From contig JBFFNE010000003.1 of the NCBI GenBank assembly GCA_041563315.1, positions 6,764-70,763 of the forward strand: a stretch of DNA of 64,000 nucleotides, read 5' to 3'. Below the pieces are notes generated by a model. The model was not told the DNA's origin, did not search any database, and saw only the letters and a program-made list of their open reading frames with translations. Source of the DNA: Thiohalomonadaceae bacterium. Its GTDB lineage: Bacteria; Pseudomonadota; Gammaproteobacteria; Thiohalomonadales; Thiohalomonadaceae. Positions within the stretch are counted from its first letter, which is position 1; each line of letters opens with the position of its first letter. The translations under genes were made by a program, and so were the position numbers. Positions 29,768 through 39,510 of the stretch are shown piece after piece.

Positions 29768-31099
29768 ATGTCAAAACGACGCAGACGTCCAAAACTGCCC
29801 ACCGAACTGGTCAGGGCAGTCATAGAAGACCTTTCCCATGATGGCAGGGGTGTCACCCACATCGACGGCAAGACGGTGTTTGTCGAGGGTGCTCTGAAGG
29901 GGGAAGAGGTCAGTTTTCTCTATGCGGAAAAAAAACGCAGCTATGATGTCGGCGTAGCACAGGATATCCACACGGCTGCACCGGAGCGGGTCGAGCCGAA
30001 ATGCACTGTCTTTGGTGTGTGTGGTGGCTGTGCCCTGCAGCACATGGAGGCAGGTGCGCAGATCCACGCCAAGCAGGAAGTGCTGCTGGAGAACTTCGAG
30101 CGCATCGGCAAGGTCACCCCGAAGGAGGTCCTGCCGCCCCTGACCGGTTCCCATTGGGGTTACCGGCGCAAGGCACGCATGGGCGTGCGTTTTGTAGAGA
30201 AGAAGGGAAGGGTGTTGATTGGTTTTCGAGAAAAGCGCAAGCCCTATATCTGCGATATGCACCGCTGTGAGGTGCTGCACCCTTCCGTCGGGGAGCATCT
30301 GGATGAACTCAGTGAACTCATCGGCAGTCTTGAGGCCCGAGACCGCATTGCCCAGATCGAGGTCGCCGTGGATGACACGCAGACCGCCCTGGTGTTTCGC
30401 AATCTCAAGCCGCTCACCGGCGGCGACAAGGAAAAACTGATCGTCTTTGCCAAGGCCAATGGCTATTGCTTCTTTCTCCAACCGGCCGGCCCGGACAGCG
30501 TAGAACCGTTATGGCCGGAGCAGATTCAGCTCAGCTACGCGCTGCCGGAGTTTGAGGTCCATTTCAATTTCACCCCCACCGGCTTTACCCAGGTCAACAC
30601 CGACATTAACCGCAAGATGGTGCCCTATGCCATCGACATGCTCGAGGTGAGGCCGGATGAGCGGGTGCTCGATCTTTTCTGCGGCATCGGCAACTTCACC
30701 CTGCCGCTGGCGCGCCGCGCCAGGGAGGTGGTCGGGGTGGAAGGACTTGAGGAGCTGGTCCAACGGGCGCGGCAAAATGCCGCGCTGAACGGGATCGGGA
30801 ACGTCGAGTTTCACACCGCCGATCTCGCCAAAGAGGTGGAGCTGCTACCGTGGTGGTCCCAGGGCTTCGACAAGGTGCTGCTCGATCCGGCACGCGACGG
30901 CGCCATGGAAGCGATCCCGCATATTGCCAAACTGGGCGTGAAGCGCATCGTTTACGTCTCCTGCAGCCCGGCCACCCTGGCGCGCGATGCCGGCTTGCTG
31001 GTCAATGAATACGGCTACACCCTGGAGAAGGCGGGGGTGATGGATATGTTTCCGCATACGGTGCATGTGGAGTCGATTGCGTTGTTTACGAAGAAATAA
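29768..31099 (+). CDS. rlmD: 23S rRNA (uracil1939-C5)-methyltransferase RlmD
   Basis: TRAM domain, Fe-S cysteines (CTVFGVCGGCALQH) and a SAM methyltransferase domain (LDLFCGIGNFTLPLA). Start at MSKRRRRPK. Confidence 0.9.
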   Translation: MSKRRRRPKLPTELVRAVIEDLSHDGRGVTHIDGKTVFVEGALKGEEVSFLYAEKKRSYDVGVAQDIHTAAPERVEPKCTVFGVCGGCALQHMEAGAQIHAKQEVLLENFERIGKVTPKEVLPPLTGSHWGYRRKARMGVRFVEKKGRVLIGFREKRKPYICDMHRCEVLHPSVGEHLDELSELIGSLEARDRIAQIEVAVDDTQTALVFRNLKPLTGGDKEKLIVFAKANGYCFFLQPAGPDSVEPLWPEQIQLSYALPEFEVHFNFTPTGFTQVNTDINRKMVPYAIDMLEVRPDERVLDLFCGIGNFTLPLARRAREVVGVEGLEELVQRARQNAALNGIGNVEFHTADLAKEVELLPWWSQGFDKVLLDPARDGAMEAIPHIAKLGVKRIVYVSCSPATLARDAGLLVNEYGYTLEKAGVMDMFPHTVHVESIALFTKK

Positions 31100-31139
31100 C
31101 GCTGTACGTATTGTTTGTGTCGCTATCGCGACGGGTTGA

Positions 31140-31278
31140 TTGGATGCGGGGGGGTCCCCCGTGCGCAGGTCACTTCCTCTTGTGCGGCCAAAAGAAAGTA
31201 ACCAAAGAGAAGGCCGCCCTTATGCATCGCCCTGCGGGTCCCCTGTGCTTCTCGCTCCGGGAGGGTCCGCCAGACGGG
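31140..31278. repeat. GC-rich repeat-like segment abutting a gene fragment
   Basis: CGGGGGGGTCCCCCG palindrome plus a stretch that translates as the non-protein-like string QKKVTKEKAALMHRPAGPLCFSLREGPPDG. I associate this kind of string with intergenic repeat elements; the copy number is unknown. Confidence 0.35.
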
Positions 31279-31470
31279 CCTTCCGTGCCGGTGCTTTATC
31301 TCAAAGCAAGCAGGGACAGGTTAATTCCAGTGGATACTGCTGAACAGGTGATGCATTTTGTTAAAAACGGGCAAATCATCGAACTGGATGGGCCTCATCT
31401 GTTGCTCCAGGAGAATTCTGATTCTGCAGCCAGGATTGTGGCTTCATTCATTGAAGAATTGAAATGTTGA
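31279..31470 (+). pseudogene. C-terminal fragment of an alpha/beta-fold hydrolase
   Basis: PVLYLKASRDRLIPVD...IELDGPHLLLQENSDSAARIVASFI matches the Asp and His regions of the catalytic triad at the C-terminus. No nucleophile-elbow region lies upstream. Confidence 0.45.
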
Positions 31471-31480
31471 GCGTTAATTT

Positions 31481-31861
31481 ATGTCTACTCCCGTACTTTT
31501 TTCACTCATCGAATCCCCCCACCACCCGAACCTCTCGGCCCTGTTTGCGCGCCTCGGTTTCGAAGAGGTGCAGTTGACCTCCACCCGTAAGGCGGTAAGT
31601 CAGCTGAAAAAACAGGTGCCGGATGTGGTGGTGGCCGATTTTGTCTACGGTTACAGCAACAATTACAGTGGAGTTCACATCAGCAATCTGGATGTATTCT
31701 TGATGAGCATGCCGAAATTTTCGCCTCAGGCCAGTGTCATCGTGCTGGCCGCTCCGGTTGAGATGGAGTATGCGCAAAAAATGCAGGATATTTTTCCCAT
31801 AAAGGCAATTCTGCCATTTACGGTTGCCGAACAGGAACTGGAGTCCTTGCTGTCGAGCTAA
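31481..31861 (+). CDS. hypothetical receiver-like (CheY-fold?) protein
   Basis: 126 aa with alternating beta/alpha pattern and DVVVADF, but without the N-terminal acidic pair. Weak SD. Confidence 0.4.
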   Translation: MSTPVLFSLIESPHHPNLSALFARLGFEEVQLTSTRKAVSQLKKQVPDVVVADFVYGYSNNYSGVHISNLDVFLMSMPKFSPQASVIVLAAPVEMEYAQKMQDIFPIKAILPFTVAEQELESLLSS

Positions 31862-31925
31862 TAAAGCAGAGGAATGCGGCTGTGGTTTTCACTCACCAAA
31901 TAATACAGGCAAGAGAACGTATGTA

Positions 31926-32633
31926 ATGGGTGTCCAGAACATCCGGGAACGGCTCAATCAACTGGCTGACCCGCAGCAAGCCGTAAACTTGCAGCGTTTT
32001 TTTAAAACCGGTTCCGGTGATTACGGTGAAGGGGACCGGTTCCTTGGTCTGCGGGTACCGCAGATACGCAAGCTGGTAAAGGATTTTGCCACGATGCAGC
32101 TCAAGGATATCCAGCGGTTGCTGCGTTCCGAGTTTCATGAGGAGCGCCTGCTGGCCCTGTTACTCATGGTGCAGCGCTTTCAGCACGGTGATACGCAAGA
32201 AAGGGAGAGCCTGTACCGCCGTTACCTCGCCTCGACCCGCTATATCAACAACTGGGATCTGGTCGATGCCTCGGCGGAACACATCGTCGGCGCCTGGCTA
32301 TTTGATAAGTCCCGGGAGCCCCTCTATAGCTTGGCCCGCTCTGCCTTTCTGTGGGAGCGGCGTATCGCCATCATCGCGACCTTTCATTTCATCAAACAGG
32401 GAGAGTTTGGCGAATCCCTGCAGCTTGCAGAGCATCTGCTGCAGGACAGCCATGACCTGATCCACAAGGCGGTGGGCTGGATGTTGCGTGAGGTGGGAAA
32501 GCGTGACCGGGATGCGGAGGAGGCTTTTCTGCGCAAGCACTATCGGCAAATGCCACGCACCATGTTGCGCTATGCCATAGAGCGCTTTCCTGAGAACCTG
32601 CGCCAGGCCTACCTCAAGGGGAGAATCGATTAA
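31926..32633 (+). CDS. DNA alkylation repair protein (AlkD-like HEAT repeat)
   Basis: LQRFFKTGSGDYGEGDRFLGLRVPQIRKL and WDLVD motifs typical of the family. Start at MGVQNIRERL. Confidence 0.8.
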   Translation: MGVQNIRERLNQLADPQQAVNLQRFFKTGSGDYGEGDRFLGLRVPQIRKLVKDFATMQLKDIQRLLRSEFHEERLLALLLMVQRFQHGDTQERESLYRRYLASTRYINNWDLVDASAEHIVGAWLFDKSREPLYSLARSAFLWERRIAIIATFHFIKQGEFGESLQLAEHLLQDSHDLIHKAVGWMLREVGKRDRDAEEAFLRKHYRQMPRTMLRYAIERFPENLRQAYLKGRID

Positions 32634-32635
32634 TG

Positions 32636-33001
32636 CTACAACGACACCAGCTCGGTGTCCTCGTGGGAGTAGGGCGGTGTGCAGCAGCAGAGGATCTTCA
32701 GAGGCTCCTTTCCGTAGTTCTCTACCGCGTGCGGCATACCTGGAGGAATGGCGATGGTATCGCCGGGACGGATCTCAAACTTTTTTTCGCCCAGCTGCAT
32801 CACTCCGTGCCCTGAGGTGATGTGGTAGATTTCTTCGCTGCTGTGATGCCGATGCAGTATGCTCTGTTTTCCTGCCGGCACGATGGCTTCAGCCAGACTC
32901 TGGTTCTGGTTGCCGTGAATGGATGGGTGAAGGAGTTCCCTGATCTCCGAACCGTCTTTAGTGATGTAGGGAGATATTTCCTGGTAACGGCTTTTTATCA
33001 T
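32636..33001 (-). CDS. cupin domain protein
   Basis: 121 aa with cupin motifs (HRHHSSEEIYHITSGHG ... GDTIAIPPGMPH). Confidence 0.8.
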   Translation of the reverse strand: MIKSRYQEISPYITKDGSEIRELLHPSIHGNQNQSLAEAIVPAGKQSILHRHHSSEEIYHITSGHGVMQLGEKKFEIRPGDTIAIPPGMPHAVENYGKEPLKILCCCTPPYSHEDTELVSL

Positions 33002-33277
33002 TATGGCCTCGCTGGCTAAGTGGGGCAGCTTAGCGTGAAATAATGGCGATTGGCAATGTATTGCCAGGTCAGAACAAATTTTTCCGCTAATCCCACTGCT
33101 TGATAAGGGTATGGGAGAAATCTGCAGTACTTGCAGGCACCGCTCTGTTGCTTGATGAGTGCTTTCTTTGCCTTGACCTCTCAGGGGTCGCTATTGTTGT
33201 GCCGGAGATTTTATAATTGTCGCAGACTTCGAGACAATGCTGGTCTATATACAAGGCCCTCAAGGTAAAGGATATCC

Positions 33278-33763
33278 ATGGCAACAGAGATTGAACGAAA
33301 ATTCCTGGTCACTTCCGATGCCTGGTACAAGGTGGCCGATGAAGGCACCTTTTTTCGTCAAGGCTACCTTATCGGTGCAGAGAAGGCCTCAGTGCGGGTG
33401 CGTATCGAGGGACGCAAGGCCAACCTCAATATCAAGAGCGCAACCTTGGGTGTGCGGCGACAGGAGTTTGAGTACGACATTCCCCTAACGGAGGCGGAAG
33501 AGATGCTCGATACCCTGTGCGAGCAACCGCAGATCGAGAAGATTCGCTATCACGTGCCGGTGGGAGCGCATATTTGGGAGGTGGATGTCTTTGCTGGTGA
33601 CAATGAGGGGCTTATCGTGGCAGAGATCGAACTGACTGATGAGAATGAGCCCTTCGAACGACCAGCCTGGATCGGCAAAGAGGTCTCGGACGATACCCGT
33701 TATTACAATGTCTGTCTCACTCGATATCCCTATAAAGACTGGAACCATGGGCAAGATGATTAA
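33278..33763 (+). CDS. CYTH domain protein (triphosphatase / CyaB-like)
   Basis: Starts with the EIERKFLV signature; 161 aa. Confidence 0.85.
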   Translation: MATEIERKFLVTSDAWYKVADEGTFFRQGYLIGAEKASVRVRIEGRKANLNIKSATLGVRRQEFEYDIPLTEAEEMLDTLCEQPQIEKIRYHVPVGAHIWEVDVFAGDNEGLIVAEIELTDENEPFERPAWIGKEVSDDTRYYNVCLTRYPYKDWNHGQDD

Positions 33764-34229
33764 GATTAATCTCGGCCGCCAGCGACTTCAGTTGCTCGTT
33801 GATGAGCATGTGGTGATGGACGTCGCCGTCTCAACCGCTGCCAATGGACCGGGGGAGGCGAATAATAGCGGCTGCACACCGCGGGGATGGCATATTGTAC
33901 GGGCGATGATTGGGGCAGGTTGTATGGAAAATACCGTGTTCTGTGGGCGGCGTCCGACGGGCGAGCTCTACTCGCCGGCATTGCGCCTTGCCGAGCCGGG
34001 GCGCGACTGGATCTTGACTCGTATCCTCTGGTTAAGCGGACTGGAGCCCGGCCGCAACCGCTTTGGCAAGGTAGATACGATGCGTCGCTATATATACATT
34101 CACGGCACGCCTGACGAGGAGCCGATGGGCGTGGCCCTATCACACGGCTGTGTCCGCATGCGTAATCGCGATATCATTAAGCTTTTCGAGCAGGTGGAGA
34201 TCGGTACACGCGTATTGATTGAGGGGTGA
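33747..34229 (+). CDS. L,D-transpeptidase (YkuD) family protein
   Basis: Catalytic motif HGTPDEEPMGVALSHGCVRM. Start at MGKMIKINLG, overlapping the CYTH gene end by 17 nt. Confidence 0.85.
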   Translation: MGKMIKINLGRQRLQLLVDEHVVMDVAVSTAANGPGEANNSGCTPRGWHIVRAMIGAGCMENTVFCGRRPTGELYSPALRLAEPGRDWILTRILWLSGLEPGRNRFGKVDTMRRYIYIHGTPDEEPMGVALSHGCVRMRNRDIIKLFEQVEIGTRVLIEG

Positions 34230-34290
34230 AGCGTTTAGCCGCTACCTCCACGCCGTTTGCTCGACAACCCTACCGATAAGGAATCGATGA

Positions 34291-35337
34291 ATGTCTTTAG
34301 GTCCGGTGATGCTGGATCTTCTGGGGACTACCCTGGATGAGCAGGAACGGGAGATGCTTCAACACCCGCTTGTGGGAGGGGTGATCCTGTTTACGCGCAA
34401 CTATGAAAACCCTGCACAGCTGAGTGAGCTGATCGCCGAGGTCCACGCCTTGCGCAGTCCGTCTTTGCTTATCGCCGTCGATCATGAGGGGGGGAGGGTG
34501 CAACGTTTTCGGCAGGGTTTTACCCGTCTGCCGGCGATGCGCCGTTTTGGTGAGATTCACGGGCGGGACAAGCGCCGTGCCCGCCAGCTGGCGGAACTGG
34601 CCGGTTGGGTGATGGCCTCGGAGCTGCGAGCCGTAGGTGTCGATTTCAGCTTCGCGCCGGTGCTGGACCTGGACTACGGCGCCAGCACGGTTATTGGCGA
34701 CCGCTCCTTCCATCGCCAGCCCCAGGTGGTGGCGGAGCTGGCCAACGCCCTGATGCAGGGGATGCACAGGGCGGGGATGGCCGCTACCGGCAAGCATTTT
34801 CCCGGACACGGTGCGGTACAGGCCGACTCTCACGAGGCGATCCCGGTCGACAGCCGTCGTTACGAGGATATTGCCGCTGAGGATATGAAGCCTTATGAGT
34901 TGATGATTAGCAACGGGATGGCCGCGGTGATGCCAGCCCATGTGATCTACGCCAACGTCGATCCGCAACCGGCCGGCTTTTCGCCATTCTGGCTCAAGGA
35001 GGTCCTGCGTCGTCGAATGAATTTTCAGGGCGTGATTTTCAGTGATGATCTCAATATGGAAGGGGCTAGCGTTGCCGGTGATTATGTCTCACGAGCCAAA
35101 GCAGCGCTGGCGGCAGGATGTGACGTCGCCTTGATTTGCAATAACCGCGAGGGGGCGATGCAAATCCTGCACGGACTTGAACTGGAGCCCAATCCGGTTT
35201 TGCACACCCGGTTGGCGAGGCTGCATGGGCGTCATCCGCTGACACTCGATGCCTTGCACAGTGCTCCGGCCTGGCGTCAGGCGGTAAGTGCGATGCGCGA
35301 GCTGGAAGAGAATCCGACCCTCGCTATGGAAATCTGA
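34291..35337 (+). CDS. nagZ: beta-N-acetylhexosaminidase NagZ
   Basis: GH3 motifs VDHEGGRVQRF and KHFPGHG; 348 aa. Confidence 0.9.
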   Translation: MSLGPVMLDLLGTTLDEQEREMLQHPLVGGVILFTRNYENPAQLSELIAEVHALRSPSLLIAVDHEGGRVQRFRQGFTRLPAMRRFGEIHGRDKRRARQLAELAGWVMASELRAVGVDFSFAPVLDLDYGASTVIGDRSFHRQPQVVAELANALMQGMHRAGMAATGKHFPGHGAVQADSHEAIPVDSRRYEDIAAEDMKPYELMISNGMAAVMPAHVIYANVDPQPAGFSPFWLKEVLRRRMNFQGVIFSDDLNMEGASVAGDYVSRAKAALAAGCDVALICNNREGAMQILHGLELEPNPVLHTRLARLHGRHPLTLDALHSAPAWRQAVSAMRELEENPTLAMEI

Positions 35338-35351
35338 TTTGGAGACAGTTG

Positions 35352-36473
35352 ATGGAATTTGAGCAGTTGTTGAACGATATCAGTCAGGGTGACGGGACTA
35401 CACTGTTGGTGATCCAGATTTTCGTGGTGGTGTTTTCCGCGCTAATGCTGGACTTTTTGCAGAAACGACTCCTTAATCGCCTCTCCTCTCGGATCGAGAG
35501 CAGCAAATCCCTGTGGGATGACGCCCTGTTCAATGCCTTGCGCCGGCCGCTGAGCCTGCTGATTTGGGTGCTCGGTATCAGCTTTGCGGCCGATATTGTC
35601 GGCAGACAGACCGAAACCGCAATTTTCTCAGCTGTTACGCCGATACGCGATGTCGGCGTCATCGCCATTATTGCCTGGTTTCTTTTCCGCCTTATCAGCG
35701 AGGTGGAAAACACTATCGTCGATGCCAAGGCACACGAAGGTAAAGTCGTTGATCGCACCACGGTTGACGCCATCGGTAAATTGGTGCGCCTGTCAGTGAT
35801 CATCACCGCTTCGTTGGTAGCGCTACAGACCCTGGGTATCAGTGTCTCGGGGATTCTGGCATTTGGCGGTGTCGGCGGTCTCGCCATCGGTTTTGCCGCC
35901 AAGGATCTGCTGGCCAATTTTTTCGGTGGCCTGATGATCTATCTTGACCGTCCTTTTGCCGTTGGCGACTGGATCCGCTCGCCGGATCGCAGCATTGAGG
36001 GAACCGTTGAGCGTATTGGCTGGCGACTGACGGTGATCCGCACCTTCGATAAACGTCCCCTCTACGTCCCCAATGCCACCTTTACCAGTATCGCCGTAGA
36101 GAACCCGTCGCGTATGAGCCATCGGCGCATCTACGAGACCGTGGGGATTCGTTATGATGACGCACTGAAGATGACTCCCATTATCGAGAAGGTGAAGGTC
36201 ATGTTGATCGGTCACTCTGAAATCGACGAGAGCCAGACCCTGATCGTCAACTTCAACAGCTTTGCCCCCTCGTCGCTGGACTTTTTCATCTACACCTTCA
36301 CCCATACGACCAACTGGGTGAAGTTTCATGAGGTCAAGCAGGATGTCTTGTTGAAGGTGGTGGAGATCATCGAGTCTGAGGGTGCTGAAATTGCCTTTCC
36401 CACCTCAACGATTCACTTGGCAGGGCAGTCCGGACCGGAGCTTCCTCTGCAGGCTTCCGCAGCATCCCGTTAA
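35352..36473 (+). CDS. mechanosensitive ion channel (MscS family)
   Basis: TM helices followed by the conserved pore/beta-domain region (FGGLMIYLDRPFAVGDWI). Confidence 0.85.
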   Translation: MEFEQLLNDISQGDGTTLLVIQIFVVVFSALMLDFLQKRLLNRLSSRIESSKSLWDDALFNALRRPLSLLIWVLGISFAADIVGRQTETAIFSAVTPIRDVGVIAIIAWFLFRLISEVENTIVDAKAHEGKVVDRTTVDAIGKLVRLSVIITASLVALQTLGISVSGILAFGGVGGLAIGFAAKDLLANFFGGLMIYLDRPFAVGDWIRSPDRSIEGTVERIGWRLTVIRTFDKRPLYVPNATFTSIAVENPSRMSHRRIYETVGIRYDDALKMTPIIEKVKVMLIGHSEIDESQTLIVNFNSFAPSSLDFFIYTFTHTTNWVKFHEVKQDVLLKVVEIIESEGAEIAFPTSTIHLAGQSGPELPLQASAASR

Positions 36474-36492
36474 TAACAAGAGCGAACAGAGA

Positions 36493-37044
36493 ATGAGTGT
36501 AAGCCCGCAACAGGCACAATGTGTCTATGAGGAGGCCGATTGCCTGTTTACCCGTGAACAGGTCGAAGCTGCGCTCCTCAGGATGGCCGAAGAAATTAGC
36601 GCCGAGCTGGCCGGCAAAAATCCGCTGGTGCTGGCGGTGATGAGTGGAGCCATGATCCCGGCGGGAATTTTGCTAAGTCACCTGGATTTTCCGCTGCAAA
36701 TTGATTACATACACGCCAGCCGTTACCGCGGCAAAACTGCCGGGGGGGAACTTCAATGGCGCGTGCCACCACGCTTTGAATTAAAGGATAGGGCGGTGCT
36801 GGTGGTGGACGATATTCTTGACGAGGGTCTAACCTTGCAAGCAATCCTCGAATCCTGCCTTGAGGCCGGTGCCAGTGAAGTGCACAGTGCGGTACTGGTG
36901 AAGAAACTCCATGAGCGCAACGTCGGTATCGAAGCCGATTATGTCGGGCTTGAAGTGGAAGACCGTTACGTCTTCGGCTACGGCATGGACTACCAGGAGT
37001 ACCTGCGCAACGCGCCGGGCATATTTGCCGTCAAAGGCAGTTAA
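36493..37044 (+). CDS. hpt: hypoxanthine(-guanine) phosphoribosyltransferase
   Basis: PRPP-binding motif VLVVDDILDEGLT. Start at MSVSPQQ; the tracked 36382 start overlaps the mscS end. Confidence 0.85.
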   Translation: MSVSPQQAQCVYEEADCLFTREQVEAALLRMAEEISAELAGKNPLVLAVMSGAMIPAGILLSHLDFPLQIDYIHASRYRGKTAGGELQWRVPPRFELKDRAVLVVDDILDEGLTLQAILESCLEAGASEVHSAVLVKKLHERNVGIEADYVGLEVEDRYVFGYGMDYQEYLRNAPGIFAVKGS

Positions 37045-37052
37045 GTGAAAAG

Positions 37053-37234
37053 AATTCAACGCAAAGGACGCAAAGAAAGTCAGGGATTATAGATCAATGC
37101 TCCTAACCCGTATTTGTAGGGAACGACTGTATCGTGGGAGCCCAGTCCCCTGGCGAATTATTCGCCGAGAGGACTCGGCTCCTACAGCTTTTTCATACCT
37201 TTGCGCTTCTTTGCGTTAAAAATGTTTTGAATTT
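37053..37234. repeat. nested palindromic REP/MITE-like element (AACGCAAAG type)
   Basis: Outer arms AACGCAAAGGACGCAAAG (37058-37075) / CTTTGCGCTTCTTTGCGTT (37199-37217), flanked by GAATTCAA / TTGAATT. Inner inverted repeat GGAGCCCAGTCC / GGACTCGGCTCC around the hairpin CTGGCGAATTATTCGCCGAG. Confidence 0.65.
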
Positions 37235-37252
37235 TTTTGAGGAATTTTGACT

Positions 37253-38002
37253 ATGGCAAAACTGGCCATTATCGGCGGTACGGGACTGACCTCGCTCAAG
37301 GGGCTGGAGATCACGCGTCGTGAGGTGATGCATACACCCTATGGCGAGCCTTCGGCACCACTGATGTTCGGGGAGATGGCGGGCAATGAAGTGTTGTTTC
37401 TGCCGCGCCACGGGGCCGGGCATACCATTCCACCGCATAAAATCAATTACCGTGCCAATATCTGGGCGCTGAAGGAGAGCGAGGTGGAGCAGGTGATCGC
37501 GGTGAATGCGGTCGGTGGTATTCGTGCAGATATGACTCCTGGACGCCTGGTGGTGCCGGATCAAATCGTCGATTATACCTGGTCACGTATCAATACCTAT
37601 TTTGAAGAGGGATTGAGTCAGGTTGTCCATATCGATTTTACTGATCCTTATTGTGAAATGTTGCGACAGATGCTGCTTACCTGTGCCAGTGAGGTAGGGC
37701 TTAATGTGATTGGCGAGGGGACCTATGCGGCAACCCAGGGACCGAGGCTGGAAACGACTGCAGAAATCAATCGACTCGAACGTGACGGCTGTGACTTGGT
37801 TGGAATGACCGGTATGCCGGAAGCAGCATTGGCTCGTGAACTGGGGTTGTGTTACAGCTGTCTCGCTGTGGTCGCCAACATGGGAGCAGGTCGGGGGGAT
37901 GGAGAGATCACCATGGAGATCATCGAGTACCACCTGAACAATGGTATGGCCGATGTGAGACGTCTGCTTGAACATATTGTCCCACGGCTGAGCCAGTGCT
38001 GA
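37253..38002 (+). CDS. mtnP: S-methyl-5'-thioadenosine (purine nucleoside) phosphorylase
   Basis: AIIGGTG...FLPRHG...GMTGMPEA motifs of the MTAP/PNP family. Confidence 0.85.
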   Translation: MAKLAIIGGTGLTSLKGLEITRREVMHTPYGEPSAPLMFGEMAGNEVLFLPRHGAGHTIPPHKINYRANIWALKESEVEQVIAVNAVGGIRADMTPGRLVVPDQIVDYTWSRINTYFEEGLSQVVHIDFTDPYCEMLRQMLLTCASEVGLNVIGEGTYAATQGPRLETTAEINRLERDGCDLVGMTGMPEAALARELGLCYSCLAVVANMGAGRGDGEITMEIIEYHLNNGMADVRRLLEHIVPRLSQC

Positions 38003-38147
38003 GAGCGTAAACCGGAACCAACAGTCGAATAACCTGTGCTACCGTCCGCCTTCCGGTTTGAACTAGAATTTGTTGCTGCCGGGACGGCTTCCCCCTAAAC
38101 ATTCCCTGAATCAGTACAACACCCGCTCCCGCACAGTGCGATGAGAC

Positions 38148-38813
38148 TTAGTTTTCCTCGTAGGGTGTGACCAGGATGGCCATGCCGAAGAGCGGATGAT
38201 CGAGGTAATGCAGTTCACGACTGCGCATGCGTCGGGATTGTTTCAGGTGATAGGCCTGATAACGCGGTTGAAGCGAGAGGACGGAGGGATCATCGGAGGG
38301 GTAGTAAAGAGATATCTCATCTTGTTGCGTTGCAGAGTCGGACTGCGCCTCGCGATAGATCAGGTCAGTATTGATATGCAGATAGCGTGACAGTACCAGC
38401 TTGAGTGTGCCGCTCAATCGGTCGGAGTCTTCCTCATCGACACGTACGGCCACGGCCTGGTCTTCGGCCAGACCTGGCTGCCTCCAGCCCAGATGAAGCA
38501 GCAACTCCATGTCCGCCGCGGACTTGATGCGCTCGGCTTCGGTGCTCAGTTGCAGTGAATCCGGAGCGAGCCGTGTAAACGCGACAGGTGTGTTACCACC
38601 GGATTGCGCCGGAAGGAGGGTCTGTGTCACCTCCGTTTGCGGCAGCTCATAGTCGACAGGCCACAGCTCGGAGCTGCGGTATTGTTCGCTGTTATGGCTG
38701 AAGATGATGACTTCAACATCATACCAGCGGGTTTCGGCAGCAATGGTAACTTGCGGCATGCCGGCCGATAGCACAGCCAAGCCAAGGAGTAGGGATGTGA
38801 ATAGAGTTTTCAT
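38148..38813 (-). CDS. CsiV/DUF2803-like periplasmic protein
   Basis: Signal peptide followed by RWYDVEVIIFSH, which I associate with the CsiV family. Assigned from memory only. Confidence 0.55.
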   Translation of the reverse strand: MKTLFTSLLLGLAVLSAGMPQVTIAAETRWYDVEVIIFSHNSEQYRSSELWPVDYELPQTEVTQTLLPAQSGGNTPVAFTRLAPDSLQLSTEAERIKSAADMELLLHLGWRQPGLAEDQAVAVRVDEEDSDRLSGTLKLVLSRYLHINTDLIYREAQSDSATQQDEISLYYPSDDPSVLSLQPRYQAYHLKQSRRMRSRELHYLDHPLFGMAILVTPYEEN

Positions 38814-38846
38814 GCGCATGCGGACAAATAATTCAGACAACACAGC

Positions 38847-39497
38847 TTAATCCTTTTGACAGAAATTTTGTTCGACCGCCATCACGGCGGCCTCAACTCG
38901 TGAATGCACGTCAAGTTTACGCAGTATGGCTTTGACGTGGAGTTTAACCGTTCCATCAGAGATGCCGAGATTTCGGGCAATGACTTTGTTGCTTTGTCCC
39001 TCGGCCAGCAGACAGAGGATCTCCAGCTCGCGCGGGGTCAATTCGGCGAAAGGTGAGATTGGCTCCTTCTCGTCATCTGCCGCCTCACCCTGAACTACGC
39101 GGGCCAGTACCGTCGCCAGTTCCGGAGCCACAATGGTTTTGCCAGCGACAATCTCGCGCAATGCCGCCACCAGTTCGCTGGGCTCCATATCCTTTAGCAG
39201 GTAGCCTGAGGCGCCGTTTCGCAGGCATTCCACCAAGTCCTGCTCCTCATTGCTGGTGGTCAGCATTACGATGGGATTGCGAAATCCCACTGCACGCAAT
39301 CCAGAGAGCACTTCCAGTCCGCTCATCTCCGGCATGCGCATATCCAGTAATACCACCTCCGGGTGCAATTCGCGCGCCATGAGAAAGCCTTCACGACCAT
39401 TGCCGGCTGTGGCAATAACCTCGATACCGTGGCGTTCGAGCAGGGTTTCGAGTCCGCTGCGAAACAGGGTGTGATCATCGACCAGGAGTACGCGCAT
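38847..39497 (-). CDS. NarL/FixJ-family response regulator
   Basis: Receiver domain (VLLVDDH..., DMRMP) plus LuxR HTH (LTPRELEILCLLAEGQSNKVIARNLGISDGTVKLHV). Confidence 0.9.
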   Translation of the reverse strand: MRVLLVDDHTLFRSGLETLLERHGIEVIATAGNGREGFLMARELHPEVVLLDMRMPEMSGLEVLSGLRAVGFRNPIVMLTTSNEEQDLVECLRNGASGYLLKDMEPSELVAALREIVAGKTIVAPELATVLARVVQGEAADDEKEPISPFAELTPRELEILCLLAEGQSNKVIARNLGISDGTVKLHVKAILRKLDVHSRVEAAVMAVEQNFCQKD

Positions 39498-39510
39498 AAG
39501 TGTGTATAAT

